Positions 37,367-48,427 of a stretch of 64,000 bases of DNA are shown here, in pieces. The translations under genes were made by a program, and so were the position numbers. The notes below the pieces were generated by a model. The model searched no databases, was not told where the DNA came from, and saw nothing but the letters and a program-made list of their open reading frames with translations. Origin of the DNA: Candidatus Poribacteria bacterium (lineage in GTDB: Bacteria > Poribacteria > WGA-4E > WGA-3G); assembly GCA_964291315.2 (NCBI GenBank), contig OZ219753.1, positions 2,432,001-2,496,000 on the forward strand. The letters are read 5' to 3'. Each line of letters begins with the position of its first letter. Position 1 is the stretch's first letter.

Positions 37367-40300
37367 TCAATCTCTCAAACCCATCCGATATTTGATGTCG
37401 TAGTTGATGATGAAATCTAATTCCTCGTCCGTGAAGCCGTAGTGTTTTGCGAGCACGCGGTCTATTTCGTCTATGATGTGCTTGGAATGCCGCGGAAAGG
37501 TTGCTTGTATCGTCAGTTTACCATAGTTTAACATGCGCGAATTGTTGCCAATGTCTACCATTAGTTCTTCAGCAAAAGCAGCCAATTGGGTTAGGCACTG
37601 TTCATCTGAAAGGTCAAACCGAGTCATCCAAATTTCTCGCCTATTTAAGTTCCTACAATCAGAATGAATTGTAGTAAGCCAGAAAAATAATGACGAATTC
37701 AAGAAACCTAGAATAGCATTGGCTGTGTTTTCGTTCTCAAACCATATTTCCTTTAGTTCTGAAGGATTTCGCCTATTACCTAACGAATCATAAATTAATG
37801 GAATGAAATTAAGTACTTGAACGAAATGACTAAGTTTTCTTGTGTAGTAAATGGCAAAACGTCTAGATATCAAAGAATAACGGGTAAATATTAAAGGTTT
37901 TCTACGAAATTTATCTAGTATCGATTTTTCAACATTATTTCCAAGCTTAGCTATGCTTAATTGAGAATCTACTTCGGCTGAATCAACAAACGCTAAGTTT
38001 TGAAAAAGAACATCACCTTCTTGTGGCCACCATTTGTTATATTTTGTAGTGAATGTTCCCTGTATATTTGCACCTTTATTTAATAAAATTATCGAGAGTC
38101 GACTGTGAGATATACCTTTAAACAGGTTGCCTGAATTATCTCCGTAACTGCTTATCGTAAGCTCACCAGCGGAGGTCAACAAATTACGCAAGGGGGCAAA
38201 ACCGTTTGTGCAAACTGCTGCTGCTGGAACAATAAATCCGATATATCCGCCAGATAACAAGTTAAGAGAGAGTTCCCAGGACATTGCGTATAAATTGCCG
38301 CACGTTTCGGTTTCGTATCCTTTTACTGTGTAATCCTTTTTGACTTTGCTATATTCTATGTAGGGCGGGTTTCCGATAATGACATCAAAGCCGCAGTCTT
38401 TGAGTATGCCGTAGAAAGCGATGAACCAGTGGAAGGGCTTATGCGTGTCAAGCCATTTGTGGTAATCTGTGATTACCCCCCCCCACTTATATTATGTGAA
38501 GTGTTCACGCCATACTCACCCGCAAGGTAAACGTTCAACTCATCTTCTAAGACACCCAGTCTCTCCCGCAATGCCTGCTTATCCGCACGCGTCACGACCC
38601 CGCCTAACGCCGTCTGTTGCCTGCGGAACGCTTGGAACAACGCATCCACATCCTCCGCCTTCTCCCGAAGCCGCCGCATCGTGTCGTCAAAGTCCAGCTT
38701 GCCCGTCACCGCTCGCTCTACCGCATCATACGTTGAGAACCCGACGAGACTATTCCCCGCCTGAATGTTGAAGTCGATGTCTGGCAACGGCTCTATCTGT
38801 CGCACATCTTCAATCTGTGAGACCATCTTCAGGAAGAGCCGGAGCTTACAGATTTCAACTGCCTCCGCCATGATGTCCACACCGTAGAGGTTGTTTATCA
38901 CAATAGACTTGAGAATAAAATAGGCTCTGTTCGGATGCTGCTCTATACGCTTAAGCGTCTCTCGGAAGTCAGCATAGCGCCGGCCACCTGTTCCAGGGCG
39001 TGCGTCAGCGTCGTCGAGGAAGGCTTGCATTCGGTCGAGACACGCCTCATAGAGCGGCACGAGGATATTCACAGCAGCGAAGAGGAACGCCCCCGAGCCA
39101 CACGTCGGATCCAGGATGCTGATGTGTCTGATCGCCTGCCAAAACGCACGCAGCAGCTCGGGGCCCTCACATCCCGCGATTACGTCCTGTGCGAACTGAC
39201 GGACGTCTAGATTGTAGGTAATCAGATCGTTGATGCTCCCGACGTCTCCGTTCACCAGCTTCGCACGCAGCGTCTCGTAGCGTTGTCGTCTCGCAACGAC
39301 TTCCCGCCATATCTCTGTCGGCAAGGCATACTCGGAAGGCGCAACGGTGTTCCAATCCGTGCGCTTAGAGACATCCGCAACCCCCGCAGCGATGTGGGGT
39401 GGCAACTCTAATTCAGCACCTTTGCTCACAGCAGCGTAGATATAGCGCTCCGGGGCATCTCGCAGCAATTGCCACACCGCACCACCCGCCGCAAACGCTA
39501 TCTCACACGACCGACGCGCCGCATCAAAGAGAAACGGAATAATCGTGTTTTTGCTGATATACTCGGTGATGTCTTCCTTCGTATAATAAGCACCCATCTG
39601 CTTCTGATTGATGTATTTCTCAAAGATATATCCCAGCACATCCGGGTTGATCTCCGTGTCGTTTTTCAACGGGCGATCGTCCAAATGCCACTGATACGCA
39701 TCAAAGAAGCCGAAGAGCTGCTCAAACGCCGCATCCGGGATCTCAATACGCTCCCCGTGATGCGTCTCTATGGCGTGCTGCTCAAAGATACCGCCGTTGA
39801 GATACGGCACATCCCCGAGGAGCCCGACCACAGCTCTGCTCCGCTCTGCCTCCGGCTTTGCGAACCCTTCAAAGAACAGCGGACAGAGAAACGCTCTATA
39901 GTACCGGTCGCTGCCTTGCTTTTGCGTCTCCGTCAACGTGTGCCGCAGATAGTCTGGGTCATTGTTGAGAAACCCCTTTTTCTGAATGAAGTAGATGAAC
40001 ATCAGCCGATTCAGCAGGATAGAGACATATGCGCGCTGCACCTCGGCGTCCGGGATGCCCGTGAGGAACGATAAGAACGCCGTCTGCTCTCGCTTGAAGC
40101 GATCGTAAAACCGCTTGGTCACCCGCTCCGCATAGAACGCACTCCCGACACGCCCTGTCACGTCAGAGAGCGTCAGTTCGGCTTCTTCGTCAAGACTGAA
40201 GGCGATCGGCTCTAACTTTTGTATCAGCGACTCCCCCGATTGTGCCGTGTGATACCGGTGTTCTCGGCAGGCATCCGGCTTGCCCGGCTCTCGTCTGACC

Positions 40301-40608
40301 CACTGCCAGAGATGCGTTGTCCTCTCGGCATCCGTGTAGATGATAATATGCTCATGCGCAGAGCGAGCAACTTGCTGCTGGATCTTCCGGCGCATCGCAT
40401 AACTCGGGAGTTGTCCGGCCGTGTCTGTTGCGTGGCATTCAAAGACGAGCATGCCGCGTTTCTCTGCGACTGCGGAGAGGTGCCACTCGGTGGTGTCTAC
40501 GCTGATATTTAGTGTCTGTGTGTAGTGTTCCCACCCGAGTGCTTGGGTGAAGAGGGTGCTAAAGTTAGCCGCTCTGAGATAGTCAAGTATCTGTTCTCGA
40601 TGAAGCAT
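37367..40608 (-). pseudogene. Eco57I-like (gamma class) adenine methyltransferase, frameshifted at a G9 tract; candidate phase-variable gene in OFF state
   Basis: 5' ORF has LDPTCGSGAFL and YGVDI and ends AGT-G9-TAA; the shifted frame reads VITDYHKWLDTHKPFHWF..FDVIIGNPPY and continues into ORF 37367-38284. Confidence 0.88.
38476..38484 (-). repeat. Homopolymer G9 (C9 on + strand) at the frameshift site
   Basis: gatta-ccccccccc-acttat. Confidence 0.95.
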
Positions 40609-40868
40609 AGACGTTCTCCTATTCATTCGTTTTCACACATTATACACGATAACGAGATGGCTTTCAACACTGTTTTGTAGTATAGCCTGCTTGGTTGTGA
40701 GATGAGACCGACTGCCTTTTTCTTTTATCTGCTCTGTTTTTGCTAAACAGAGATATTTCTTGATAACTTTTACATGACACATTTTTTTTTCTGTGGTAAT
40801 ATATACGCTAATAGATCTCGTACCTCTTCACAGTGCACAAATTATATAACAATATTGGAGATAGGAAT

Positions 40869-41081
40869 ATGCTTGGCCTTGGTCCGTGGGAATTAGCGAT
40901 TGTGCTGGTTCTTGTGTTACTCGTATTTGGTGGGAAACGTCTGCCTGAATTAGCGCGTGGACTCGGTAAAAGTGTCACAAACTTCAAGGCGGGACTCAAT
41001 GAAGAACGCACAGAGGAAACCAAAACTGCGACACAAACGCAACAGGAGAATGGAATACCGCCAAAGGAAAAAAATGGATAA
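40869..41081 (+). CDS. tatA: Twin-arginine translocase TatA/E
   Basis: GLGPWEL, LLVFGGKRLPELARGLGK..FK. Confidence 0.95.
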   Translation: MLGLGPWELAIVLVLVLLVFGGKRLPELARGLGKSVTNFKAGLNEERTEETKTATQTQQENGIPPKEKNG

Positions 41082-41156
41082 AAACGCCCTGGGTCCCGCA
41101 TCAATTGATACCGGATGATGATCCCTAGGAGGGATTTCCGAATCCTGTAATTAACA

Positions 41157-41477
41157 ATGAAAGATAAATTACCCGATTTTCTTCAGAATGTCATTGAGGA
41201 ATACCCGGAAGTTTGGGGGGCCTATCAAGCATTAGGTGAAGCGTGTAGTGCTGCCGGCCCCCTTGACCCAAAGACGACGAGACTCGTCAAACTCGCGCTG
41301 GCGATCGGGGCGAAGTCTGAGGGGGCCGTACATTCGCATACCCGCCGTGCGCTCCGAGAAGGTATTGCCCGGGAAGAGATACAACAAGTTGCACTCCTAG
41401 CAGTAACTTCTATTGGTTGGTCCGCGAGCATGGCTGCCTTGTCTTGGGTTCAAGATATTGTAGATAAAACGTCTTAG
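41157..41477 (+). CDS. Carboxymuconolactone decarboxylase family protein
   Basis: GPLDPKTTRLVKLALAIG, VHSHTRRAL, EEI. Confidence 0.87.
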   Translation: MKDKLPDFLQNVIEEYPEVWGAYQALGEACSAAGPLDPKTTRLVKLALAIGAKSEGAVHSHTRRALREGIAREEIQQVALLAVTSIGWSASMAALSWVQDIVDKTS

Positions 41478-41496
41478 CTTGCCTAGGAAAATTAGC

Positions 41497-42768
41497 ATGA
41501 AGACAGGTCAAAAATACTCTCACTGGATGCTTGGAATGTGTATCCGATCGCTTCTAATTCTGACTGCTATTTTTTCCCTTCTATCGTCTGTCAGCGGAGC
41601 CGAAACGCCCCCCAGTTTCCAGAAAGGGGTGGAATATGTCAAATTACGGCTCTATTCACAGGCAAGGGACACTTTTAAATCTCTTTTGTCGAAACAGCCC
41701 ACGAATATAGAGGCACTTTTCCAATTGGCGAACGTCTATAAGTTGCAAGACGAGTCGGAATTAGCGATTGAGACGTTCAACAAAATTTTAAGATTCACAG
41801 ACCCGGAGGACTCACCTGCAAGCGGCAGGCTCTACGGATTAACCCATCTCGCCTTGTCCGAAATCTATTGTGAGCAGAGCAAGCTGCAAATTGCAGAACA
41901 GCACGCCAAGGTATCCGTTCAGAGGTGTCCTGCTGAGGCCGCTACACATTACCGACTCGGTTACATCTACACTCATCAAGCTAAATTTGACGAGGCACAC
42001 GCAGCCTTCAAAAATACCCTCGCGCGCAATTCCAATTTTGCTGAAGTTTACGAATGGCTGGGTCTGATCGCACTCATGCAACACAAACCACAGCAAGCTG
42101 TCCGATATTATCAGACTGCGATCCACAAAAAGCCTTACACTCAGAGCACTTATTATAATCTTGCTAAAGCTTATCGGATCCTTGGCGATACAGCGAAAGC
42201 GACCGAACAACTCAAATTGTTCGAGCAGATGAAGACCTACTACGACCAGACGTACGCCATTGAAGGGGCACTGATGGAGACCCCTGAAAATAACGCACTT
42301 CGGCTGAAATTAGCAGAGATACACCTTGCACATAGGCACACTGCTGCAGCGATTGCTACTTATCAGGCATTGATTCAATTGAACCCAACCTTTACAACCG
42401 GGTACGACAAACTGGCCCGTCTCTATATGAATCTCAATATGTCTGAGCGTGCAATTCCACTTTTCCACAAAGTCCTTGAGCTCAAACCGCATACCGTAGA
42501 AGCACACGTCCGACTCGGTTGGCTCTATACTCAATTAAAGTCCTTTGACAAGGCAGAATCACATCTACACACCGCAATAGAAAAAATGCCACAACTTACC
42601 TTAGCGTATCATGGATTAGCCGAAATTTACACAAAACGGGGACATGTTCAGAAGGCGGTAGATGTCTATGAGCATATCATTAAGATTGAACCCGGCGATA
42701 GCGCTGCTAGGGAGGCATTGCAAAACTTAGAGCGTTTAAAAAATAAGGATGCACAAACCGCCAGATGA
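41497..42768 (+). CDS. Exported TPR protein
   Basis: Signal peptide and many TPR units. Confidence 0.9.
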   Translation: MKTGQKYSHWMLGMCIRSLLILTAIFSLLSSVSGAETPPSFQKGVEYVKLRLYSQARDTFKSLLSKQPTNIEALFQLANVYKLQDESELAIETFNKILRFTDPEDSPASGRLYGLTHLALSEIYCEQSKLQIAEQHAKVSVQRCPAEAATHYRLGYIYTHQAKFDEAHAAFKNTLARNSNFAEVYEWLGLIALMQHKPQQAVRYYQTAIHKKPYTQSTYYNLAKAYRILGDTAKATEQLKLFEQMKTYYDQTYAIEGALMETPENNALRLKLAEIHLAHRHTAAAIATYQALIQLNPTFTTGYDKLARLYMNLNMSERAIPLFHKVLELKPHTVEAHVRLGWLYTQLKSFDKAESHLHTAIEKMPQLTLAYHGLAEIYTKRGHVQKAVDVYEHIIKIEPGDSAAREALQNLERLKNKDAQTAR

Positions 42769-44491
42769 ACCTGCCGTTATGGAAAAAAAACGCCCCGACA
42801 AGAGAAGGTTATATCTCTGTCGCTTGTTTGTACTTGTACTTACTGTGACATTCACAAGTTTCCAATATTGCGTAGATGTCTCAGCAGAGCCAACTTTTGT
42901 TGATGTTACCGAGTCTGTAGGGCTGACGTTTGTGCATACTGATGGCAGAAGCGGCTTACGATTTTTCAACGAGTTTCTCGGATCCGGCGGCGGGTTCTTT
43001 GATTATGACAATGACGGTGATCTCGACATCTACCTCGTCAACGGTGCAGTTCAGATACAAAGTCCGTCGACTCAAGCACAATCTAACGCGCTCTATCGAA
43101 ACGACGGTGACGGCACCTTTACGGATGTCACAGAGGAAACAGGTGTGGGCAGCACCGCATACGGCACGGGGGCAACTGTTGGTGATTACGATAACGATGG
43201 AGACCTTGATTTGTACGTCACTAACTTCGGTGAAGATCAACTCTATAGAAACGACGGTGACGGCACATTCACAAATGTAACAACTTTTGCTGGTGTTGGT
43301 AACTCGAATTGGGGAACCAGTTGTGCTTTCGCCGATGTTGATAATGACGGTGATCTCGATCTCTATATAGCCAACTATGCGGTATATACACTAGATAACG
43401 ATATTCGATGTGAAGAGCGGGGCGTTCACGTCTACTGTGGTCCCCACGCGTATCCAGCAATTCACGATACTTTCTATAAAAACAGAGGCGACGGCACATT
43501 TACTGATGCATCACACTTATACCAACCGTCAGGACTGCTTCCGCGACACGGATTAGGTGTCACATTCGGCGACTACGATACCGATGGGGACATAGACCTT
43601 TACGTCGCAAATGATCAGGATCCAAATTTTCTCTTCCAAAACAACGGGAACGACAATTTTTTAGAGATTGCATTAATTTCAGGCGTATGCTATAATGATA
43701 TGGGTAAAGAGGAAGCCGGGATGGGAACGGATTTCGGAGATTACGACAACGACGGAAGACTCGATCTGACTGTCAGTAACTATCAGACTGAAACTAATAC
43801 CGTTTACCGCAATTACGACGGCTCCTTTTTTATCGATAGTACCATTACATCGGGCATAGCAGAAGTAACACACGGCTATCTCGGATGGGGGATTAGATTC
43901 TTTGACTACGATAATGATGGATACCAAGACATCTTCGTTGCAAATGGACACCTGATGGATAACATTACCTTGCTTGAGAAGCACGTCAGTTACCCACAGC
44001 GGAATCTCCTATTCAGAAATATGGGCAATGGCACATTTGTGAATGTTATCTCGAGAACAGACGGTTTAGCCCTGAAAAAAGTGAGTCGTGGTGCTGCTAT
44101 CGGTGATTACGACAATGATGGAGACCTTGATATTCTCGTTACCAACTGCAATCAACGGCCCGATCTGCTCCAGAATGTGATCGGCAACCAAAACAATTGG
44201 ATACAAATCCAGGTTGTCGGACAAAAAAGCAACCGCTGTGGAATTGGTACGAGAATTAAGGTTGTAACCGAAACACACGCTCAATATCGGGAGGTGCAGA
44301 GTGGCGGGAGTTATCTCTCGTTCCACGACCTGCGTGTCCATTTTGGCGTTGGCAAAGTGGAACAGATTGAACGCCTCGAAATCCACTGGACCAGCGGACA
44401 AGTTGACAGCGAGACCGATCTTCCTGTTAACCAAAGGTTTATAGCAATTGAAGGGCGTGAGATCGTTCCCATAGATGAGTTATCTAGATAA
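42749..44491 (+). CDS. CRTAC1 family protein (FG-GAP repeats + ASPIC/UnbV)
   Basis: Repeated DYDNDGDLD; C-terminal GGSYLS..HFGVG. Confidence 0.93.
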   Translation: MHKPPDEPAVMEKKRPDKRRLYLCRLFVLVLTVTFTSFQYCVDVSAEPTFVDVTESVGLTFVHTDGRSGLRFFNEFLGSGGGFFDYDNDGDLDIYLVNGAVQIQSPSTQAQSNALYRNDGDGTFTDVTEETGVGSTAYGTGATVGDYDNDGDLDLYVTNFGEDQLYRNDGDGTFTNVTTFAGVGNSNWGTSCAFADVDNDGDLDLYIANYAVYTLDNDIRCEERGVHVYCGPHAYPAIHDTFYKNRGDGTFTDASHLYQPSGLLPRHGLGVTFGDYDTDGDIDLYVANDQDPNFLFQNNGNDNFLEIALISGVCYNDMGKEEAGMGTDFGDYDNDGRLDLTVSNYQTETNTVYRNYDGSFFIDSTITSGIAEVTHGYLGWGIRFFDYDNDGYQDIFVANGHLMDNITLLEKHVSYPQRNLLFRNMGNGTFVNVISRTDGLALKKVSRGAAIGDYDNDGDLDILVTNCNQRPDLLQNVIGNQNNWIQIQVVGQKSNRCGIGTRIKVVTETHAQYREVQSGGSYLSFHDLRVHFGVGKVEQIERLEIHWTSGQVDSETDLPVNQRFIAIEGREIVPIDELSR

Positions 44492-44612
44492 AGCTATAAA
44501 AGTGTTAGCATTTCGATGCTAACTTTGTAGAGTCCACCAATCTCTGGTGGTTACAAACCGAGGTTTCTATAGAAATTTATAGAGACACTCAGGTTCAAAA
44601 GGAACAATTACA

Positions 44613-45389
44613 ATGAGAAACCTATCTATTATTTTGGCATTGGTCGTGTTTGCGGCCTCTTCCGCCTACGCGCTGAATGAGCCAGAAGATTCGCTCATTC
44701 TCTATTTTTCATTCGATGAACTCGACAACGAAAACACTATTGACCATTCAAAGTATGAAAACCATGGTGAAATGGTAGGCGACCCAAAGCATGTTGAGGG
44801 TAAATTTGGAAATGCCCTAGAATTAAATGGCGAAAGCGACTGGGTTGTCGTCCCGCACGATGAAATCCTTACTGTTGATGAGAGCGTCACGGTCATGGCT
44901 TGGATCAATACCGAGCGTCATGAAGGGCCTGGTGGTCAACGATGGCAAGGTATTCTTTCAAAGAGCAACAATCCGCGCTCTTATAGTTTCTACACGGAGT
45001 CCCCGAGTGGATGTCTGCACCTCAGTGTCGGTGGTGCCGGAAGCGTTTGCAACAAAAAAGTACCGCTGAATGAATGGGTTCATGTCGCCGCCCAAGTTGA
45101 TGAAGATGCAACACATAGGTATTGGGTGAATGGCGAAATTGCTGGTGAATTTGGAGGCAAAAGTAATCCCCCTGGTAAAGCTGATCAAGACGATGTCCTT
45201 GTTGGGAAAACGCATGAGGGACAACGCGAATTCCTTGGATTGATCGACGAAGTGCGTATCTGGAACCGTGCCTTAACTGAAGAAGAAGTTATTGAACAGA
45301 TGGAGATTGGCTACTTTGAGATTTTTGCTGTCGACCCACGCCAAAAACTCACCACAAGTTGGGGACACTTGAAAACGTCAGAACGATAA
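44613..45389 (+). CDS. Secreted LamG-like jelly-roll protein
   Basis: LYFSFDE, GKFGNAL, WVHVA, GLIDEVRIWNRAL; tail AVDPRQKLTTSWGHLK. Confidence 0.9.
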   Translation: MRNLSIILALVVFAASSAYALNEPEDSLILYFSFDELDNENTIDHSKYENHGEMVGDPKHVEGKFGNALELNGESDWVVVPHDEILTVDESVTVMAWINTERHEGPGGQRWQGILSKSNNPRSYSFYTESPSGCLHLSVGGAGSVCNKKVPLNEWVHVAAQVDEDATHRYWVNGEIAGEFGGKSNPPGKADQDDVLVGKTHEGQREFLGLIDEVRIWNRALTEEEVIEQMEIGYFEIFAVDPRQKLTTSWGHLKTSER

Positions 45390-45464
45390 AACTTGATGCG
45401 CGTGCTTCTGAATCATGAATTTGGTTCTAAGCTCGCGCCTTGCTATGAAAGAGAGGTAAAATAG

Positions 45465-46226
45465 ATGAAAGTATTTTTTTCCACACTAGCGTTGGTTGCA
45501 CTCGCGATATCTTTAGCTCATGCTGCGGATCCGTCCGATGAATCCCTTATTCTCTATTTCTCTTTTGATGAACTGAAGGGCGATATGGTTACGGATCATT
45601 CGCAATACGAAAATGATGGCATCATTGCTGGTGCTCCTGAGTTAGTTGCGGGAAAGTTCGGCAATGCCCTTAAATTCAACGGGCAGAGCGATTGGGTCGA
45701 AGTACCGCACGCCGACATCCTTACTGTTGATCAGGATGTCACCGTCATGGCTTGGATTAATGCTGAGCGACACACAGGTCCTAACGACGCGCGATGGCAA
45801 GGTATTCTCTCAAAAGGGAACGGGCCCCGCTCTTACAGCTTCTACACAGAATCTCCGAGCGAATGTCTCCATCTCAGCGCTGGCGGCAGTGGGAGCGTTT
45901 GCACCGGGAAAATCGCACTCAATGAGTGGCAGCATGTCGTCGCACATGTAGAGAACGGCATGCATCGGTATTGGCTCAACGGAGAAAATGTTGGTGAATT
46001 CGGTGATAAGAATGCACTACCAGGCGCTGCTGACACCGCCGATGTCCTCGTGGGGAAAACGCACGAAGGTGAGCGTGAATTTCTGGGATTAATAGATGAA
46101 GTGCGCATCTGGAATCGCGCCCTCGATGAAGACGAAATTCGTGCAGAAATGAACATATCGCTAACACCGGTTGACCCGCTTGGAAAATTATCTATAACTT
46201 GGGCAACCCTAAAATCTCAAAAGTAA
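45465..46226 (+). CDS. Secreted LamG-like protein, tandem paralogue
   Basis: Same motifs; tail PVDPLGKLSITWATLK. Confidence 0.9.
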   Translation: MKVFFSTLALVALAISLAHAADPSDESLILYFSFDELKGDMVTDHSQYENDGIIAGAPELVAGKFGNALKFNGQSDWVEVPHADILTVDQDVTVMAWINAERHTGPNDARWQGILSKGNGPRSYSFYTESPSECLHLSAGGSGSVCTGKIALNEWQHVVAHVENGMHRYWLNGENVGEFGDKNALPGAADTADVLVGKTHEGEREFLGLIDEVRIWNRALDEDEIRAEMNISLTPVDPLGKLSITWATLKSQK

Positions 46227-46305
46227 GTATAATTGTTTTGTAATCAGGTGTGATTTAAAATTGCACCTGACCCCTCTATTTTCTGAGAGGAGAACTTACA
46301 GCATT

Positions 46306-46707
46306 ATGAACGGAAAATTTATCCCAGCTGCGGACGTAGAACGAGACAACCTCGACTGGGGAACAATCGGATGGCTCAGTCGACCAGAAAGCACAAACGC
46401 CAAGGACATCGTCGCTATGGAAGTTAGCCTCTCCCCCGGATACGGACACGACTTCCACAAACATCCGGAGCAGGAAGAGGTCATTTACGTTATAGCAGGC
46501 AGCGTGGAACAGTGGCTCGAAGATAAAAAACAGGTGCTCAACGCAGGCGATTCTGTGTTCATTCCTGCCGATATGGTTCATGCTTCCTTTAATATCTCCG
46601 ACCGGCCCGCGAAATTGTTGGTCACTCTGAGCCCGTCTAAAGGAGCAGAGGGGTACCAACTCGTCGATGTCTATGATCAAGCCCCGTGGAATTCGCTTCG
46701 CGCCTGA
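46306..46707 (+). CDS. Cupin domain protein
   Basis: HDFHKHPEQEE, GDSVFIP..VH; GAGGAG SD. Confidence 0.9.
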   Translation: MNGKFIPAADVERDNLDWGTIGWLSRPESTNAKDIVAMEVSLSPGYGHDFHKHPEQEEVIYVIAGSVEQWLEDKKQVLNAGDSVFIPADMVHASFNISDRPAKLLVTLSPSKGAEGYQLVDVYDQAPWNSLRA

Positions 46708-46742
46708 TCCATGTGAACGAGTCCTCTGCGAAACCTGGTGGA

Positions 46743-47564
46743 ATGGTGACCGGATTTAATAATTTAAAAACCCGCGTGCGGATGCGCGAATTCTACGAGA
46801 CATCGGAAACTTATAAGAGACTCTTAGACGCACATGACGAAGGGTATCTCCGACATTACGTAGAATTAGTAATCCATCATGCTCCATCTCAGTCTAAGAT
46901 ACTTGACGTGGGATGTGGAAACGGGATCTCCGCGAGACTCCTCAATCAGGCAGACTTCGATGTTGTGGGCACGGATATTTCCCCGCTCTTCCTTGAAGAA
47001 GCACTGCGGTGGGAAAATCCACGGCTCCACTATCGCGTCTGTGACGTAATGGAACTTCCCTTTGAAAGTGAGTCGTTCGATGTTATCTGCTCCAACGAAC
47101 TGATTGAGCACCTACCCGACGTGGAGACAGCACTCACCGAAATGATGAGGGTTGTCCGTAAGGGCGGTAGGATTGTGATTTCTGGACCGAATCTGTGCTC
47201 CCCGTTAATACCACTCTTCGATTGGTTATCGTTGATGTCTGGCAAATCTGGCAGGCCTGTCTGGGGGGAAACAAAGCTGCAAGCACTCAAGCAGTTTATG
47301 CGAAACTGCAGGCTCTACATAAGGAAGCGATTTTTGGCAAAATCTACATACTTCATTTATCGTGAACCCGATTTGCAGGCACATGCCATCGGGGGTGATG
47401 CCGACAGTGCGTATTATGCGAGTCCAATTGATCTTGCCCAATTTTTCCGACGTAACGGATGCACTATTGTCAAGAAAGCAGTCGGGTTTGGCATAAAAGG
47501 TAAAATCATTGCGCGTACTTTGCCGTATCTCAGCCCTTACATCGCTATGGTCGTCCGGAAATGA
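46743..47564 (+). CDS. Class I SAM-dependent methyltransferase
   Basis: ILDVGCGNG, LPFESESFD, LIEHL; start uncertain. Confidence 0.88.
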   Translation: MVTGFNNLKTRVRMREFYETSETYKRLLDAHDEGYLRHYVELVIHHAPSQSKILDVGCGNGISARLLNQADFDVVGTDISPLFLEEALRWENPRLHYRVCDVMELPFESESFDVICSNELIEHLPDVETALTEMMRVVRKGGRIVISGPNLCSPLIPLFDWLSLMSGKSGRPVWGETKLQALKQFMRNCRLYIRKRFLAKSTYFIYREPDLQAHAIGGDADSAYYASPIDLAQFFRRNGCTIVKKAVGFGIKGKIIARTLPYLSPYIAMVVRK

Positions 47565-48385
47565 ACATTCGTGCTAGTGATTTTGTCTTAGAGATAGGCA
47601 GCGGTCATAATCCGAAGAGACGTTCCGATGTTTTGTGTGACAAGCACTTCGCAGACGATGAACAGCGCGGCGGCAAAATCGTCGCTGATCGACCTATAGT
47701 AGAGGCAGACGGGCAGTTTCTCCCGTTCATGGACAATGCTTTTGATTACGTTATCTGTTCACATGTTTTGGAGCACGTGGAGGATCCGAAGCGGCTAATT
47801 GCAGAATTGACGCGCGTGGCGAACCGCGGCTACATTGAAACCCCTTCTGAAATCGGCGAGCGGATTTATGGATGGCACTATCACAACTGGGTCGTCAATC
47901 TAATTGGCAACCGTTTGATACTACAGAAAAACAACAAAAACCCTCAATTTGGGCAACTTTTTCATACATTGGCGGCGAAAGACAAGCATTGGAAACGGTT
48001 TCATATTACGCACCACAGTCTTTTCCTTGTCCAATACGAGTGGGAAAACGAAATAGACTACGAAATACTGCTAGAGCAAGGTTCTCCGCTGGATCTGGAA
48101 TGTTCTGAAACGTTGGAGAAGTTCGTCGCATCGAATAGAGGCACTTCCGCGCACAGACACTGGCTGCTCATGCTTAAAAGTGCAGTGCCACGAAGCGTCG
48201 TCTCCCGTGCGAAGTCTTTCTTAGCAAAGGGGACCCGGAAGCGCCAGAGGAAGACCCTACAAGAGATTCTTGTCTGTCCGCGGTGTAAATCCGAAATTAC
48301 ATGGGAAGAAGAGAGCCTCTATTGCAAAATCTGTGAACGGTGTTACCCTATTATTGATGGGATCCCGAGATTTCTTCAAGCATGA
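47561..48385 (+). CDS. SAM methyltransferase with C-terminal Trm112-like Zn domain
   Basis: VLEIGSG, CSHVLEHV; LVCPRCK..CKIC..YPIIDGIP. Confidence 0.85.
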   Translation: MNIRASDFVLEIGSGHNPKRRSDVLCDKHFADDEQRGGKIVADRPIVEADGQFLPFMDNAFDYVICSHVLEHVEDPKRLIAELTRVANRGYIETPSEIGERIYGWHYHNWVVNLIGNRLILQKNNKNPQFGQLFHTLAAKDKHWKRFHITHHSLFLVQYEWENEIDYEILLEQGSPLDLECSETLEKFVASNRGTSAHRHWLLMLKSAVPRSVVSRAKSFLAKGTRKRQRKTLQEILVCPRCKSEITWEEESLYCKICERCYPIIDGIPRFLQA

Positions 48386-48427
48386 TAAGTTTTATTAATC
48401 GGTTGATTGTAAACTTCGGTAAAAAAT

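Noticed and set aside
44501-44530. GTTAGCAT-TTCG-ATGCTAAC hairpin as a novel RNA
   Set aside because: Adequately explained as a terminator or stabilising hairpin after the CRTAC1 gene.
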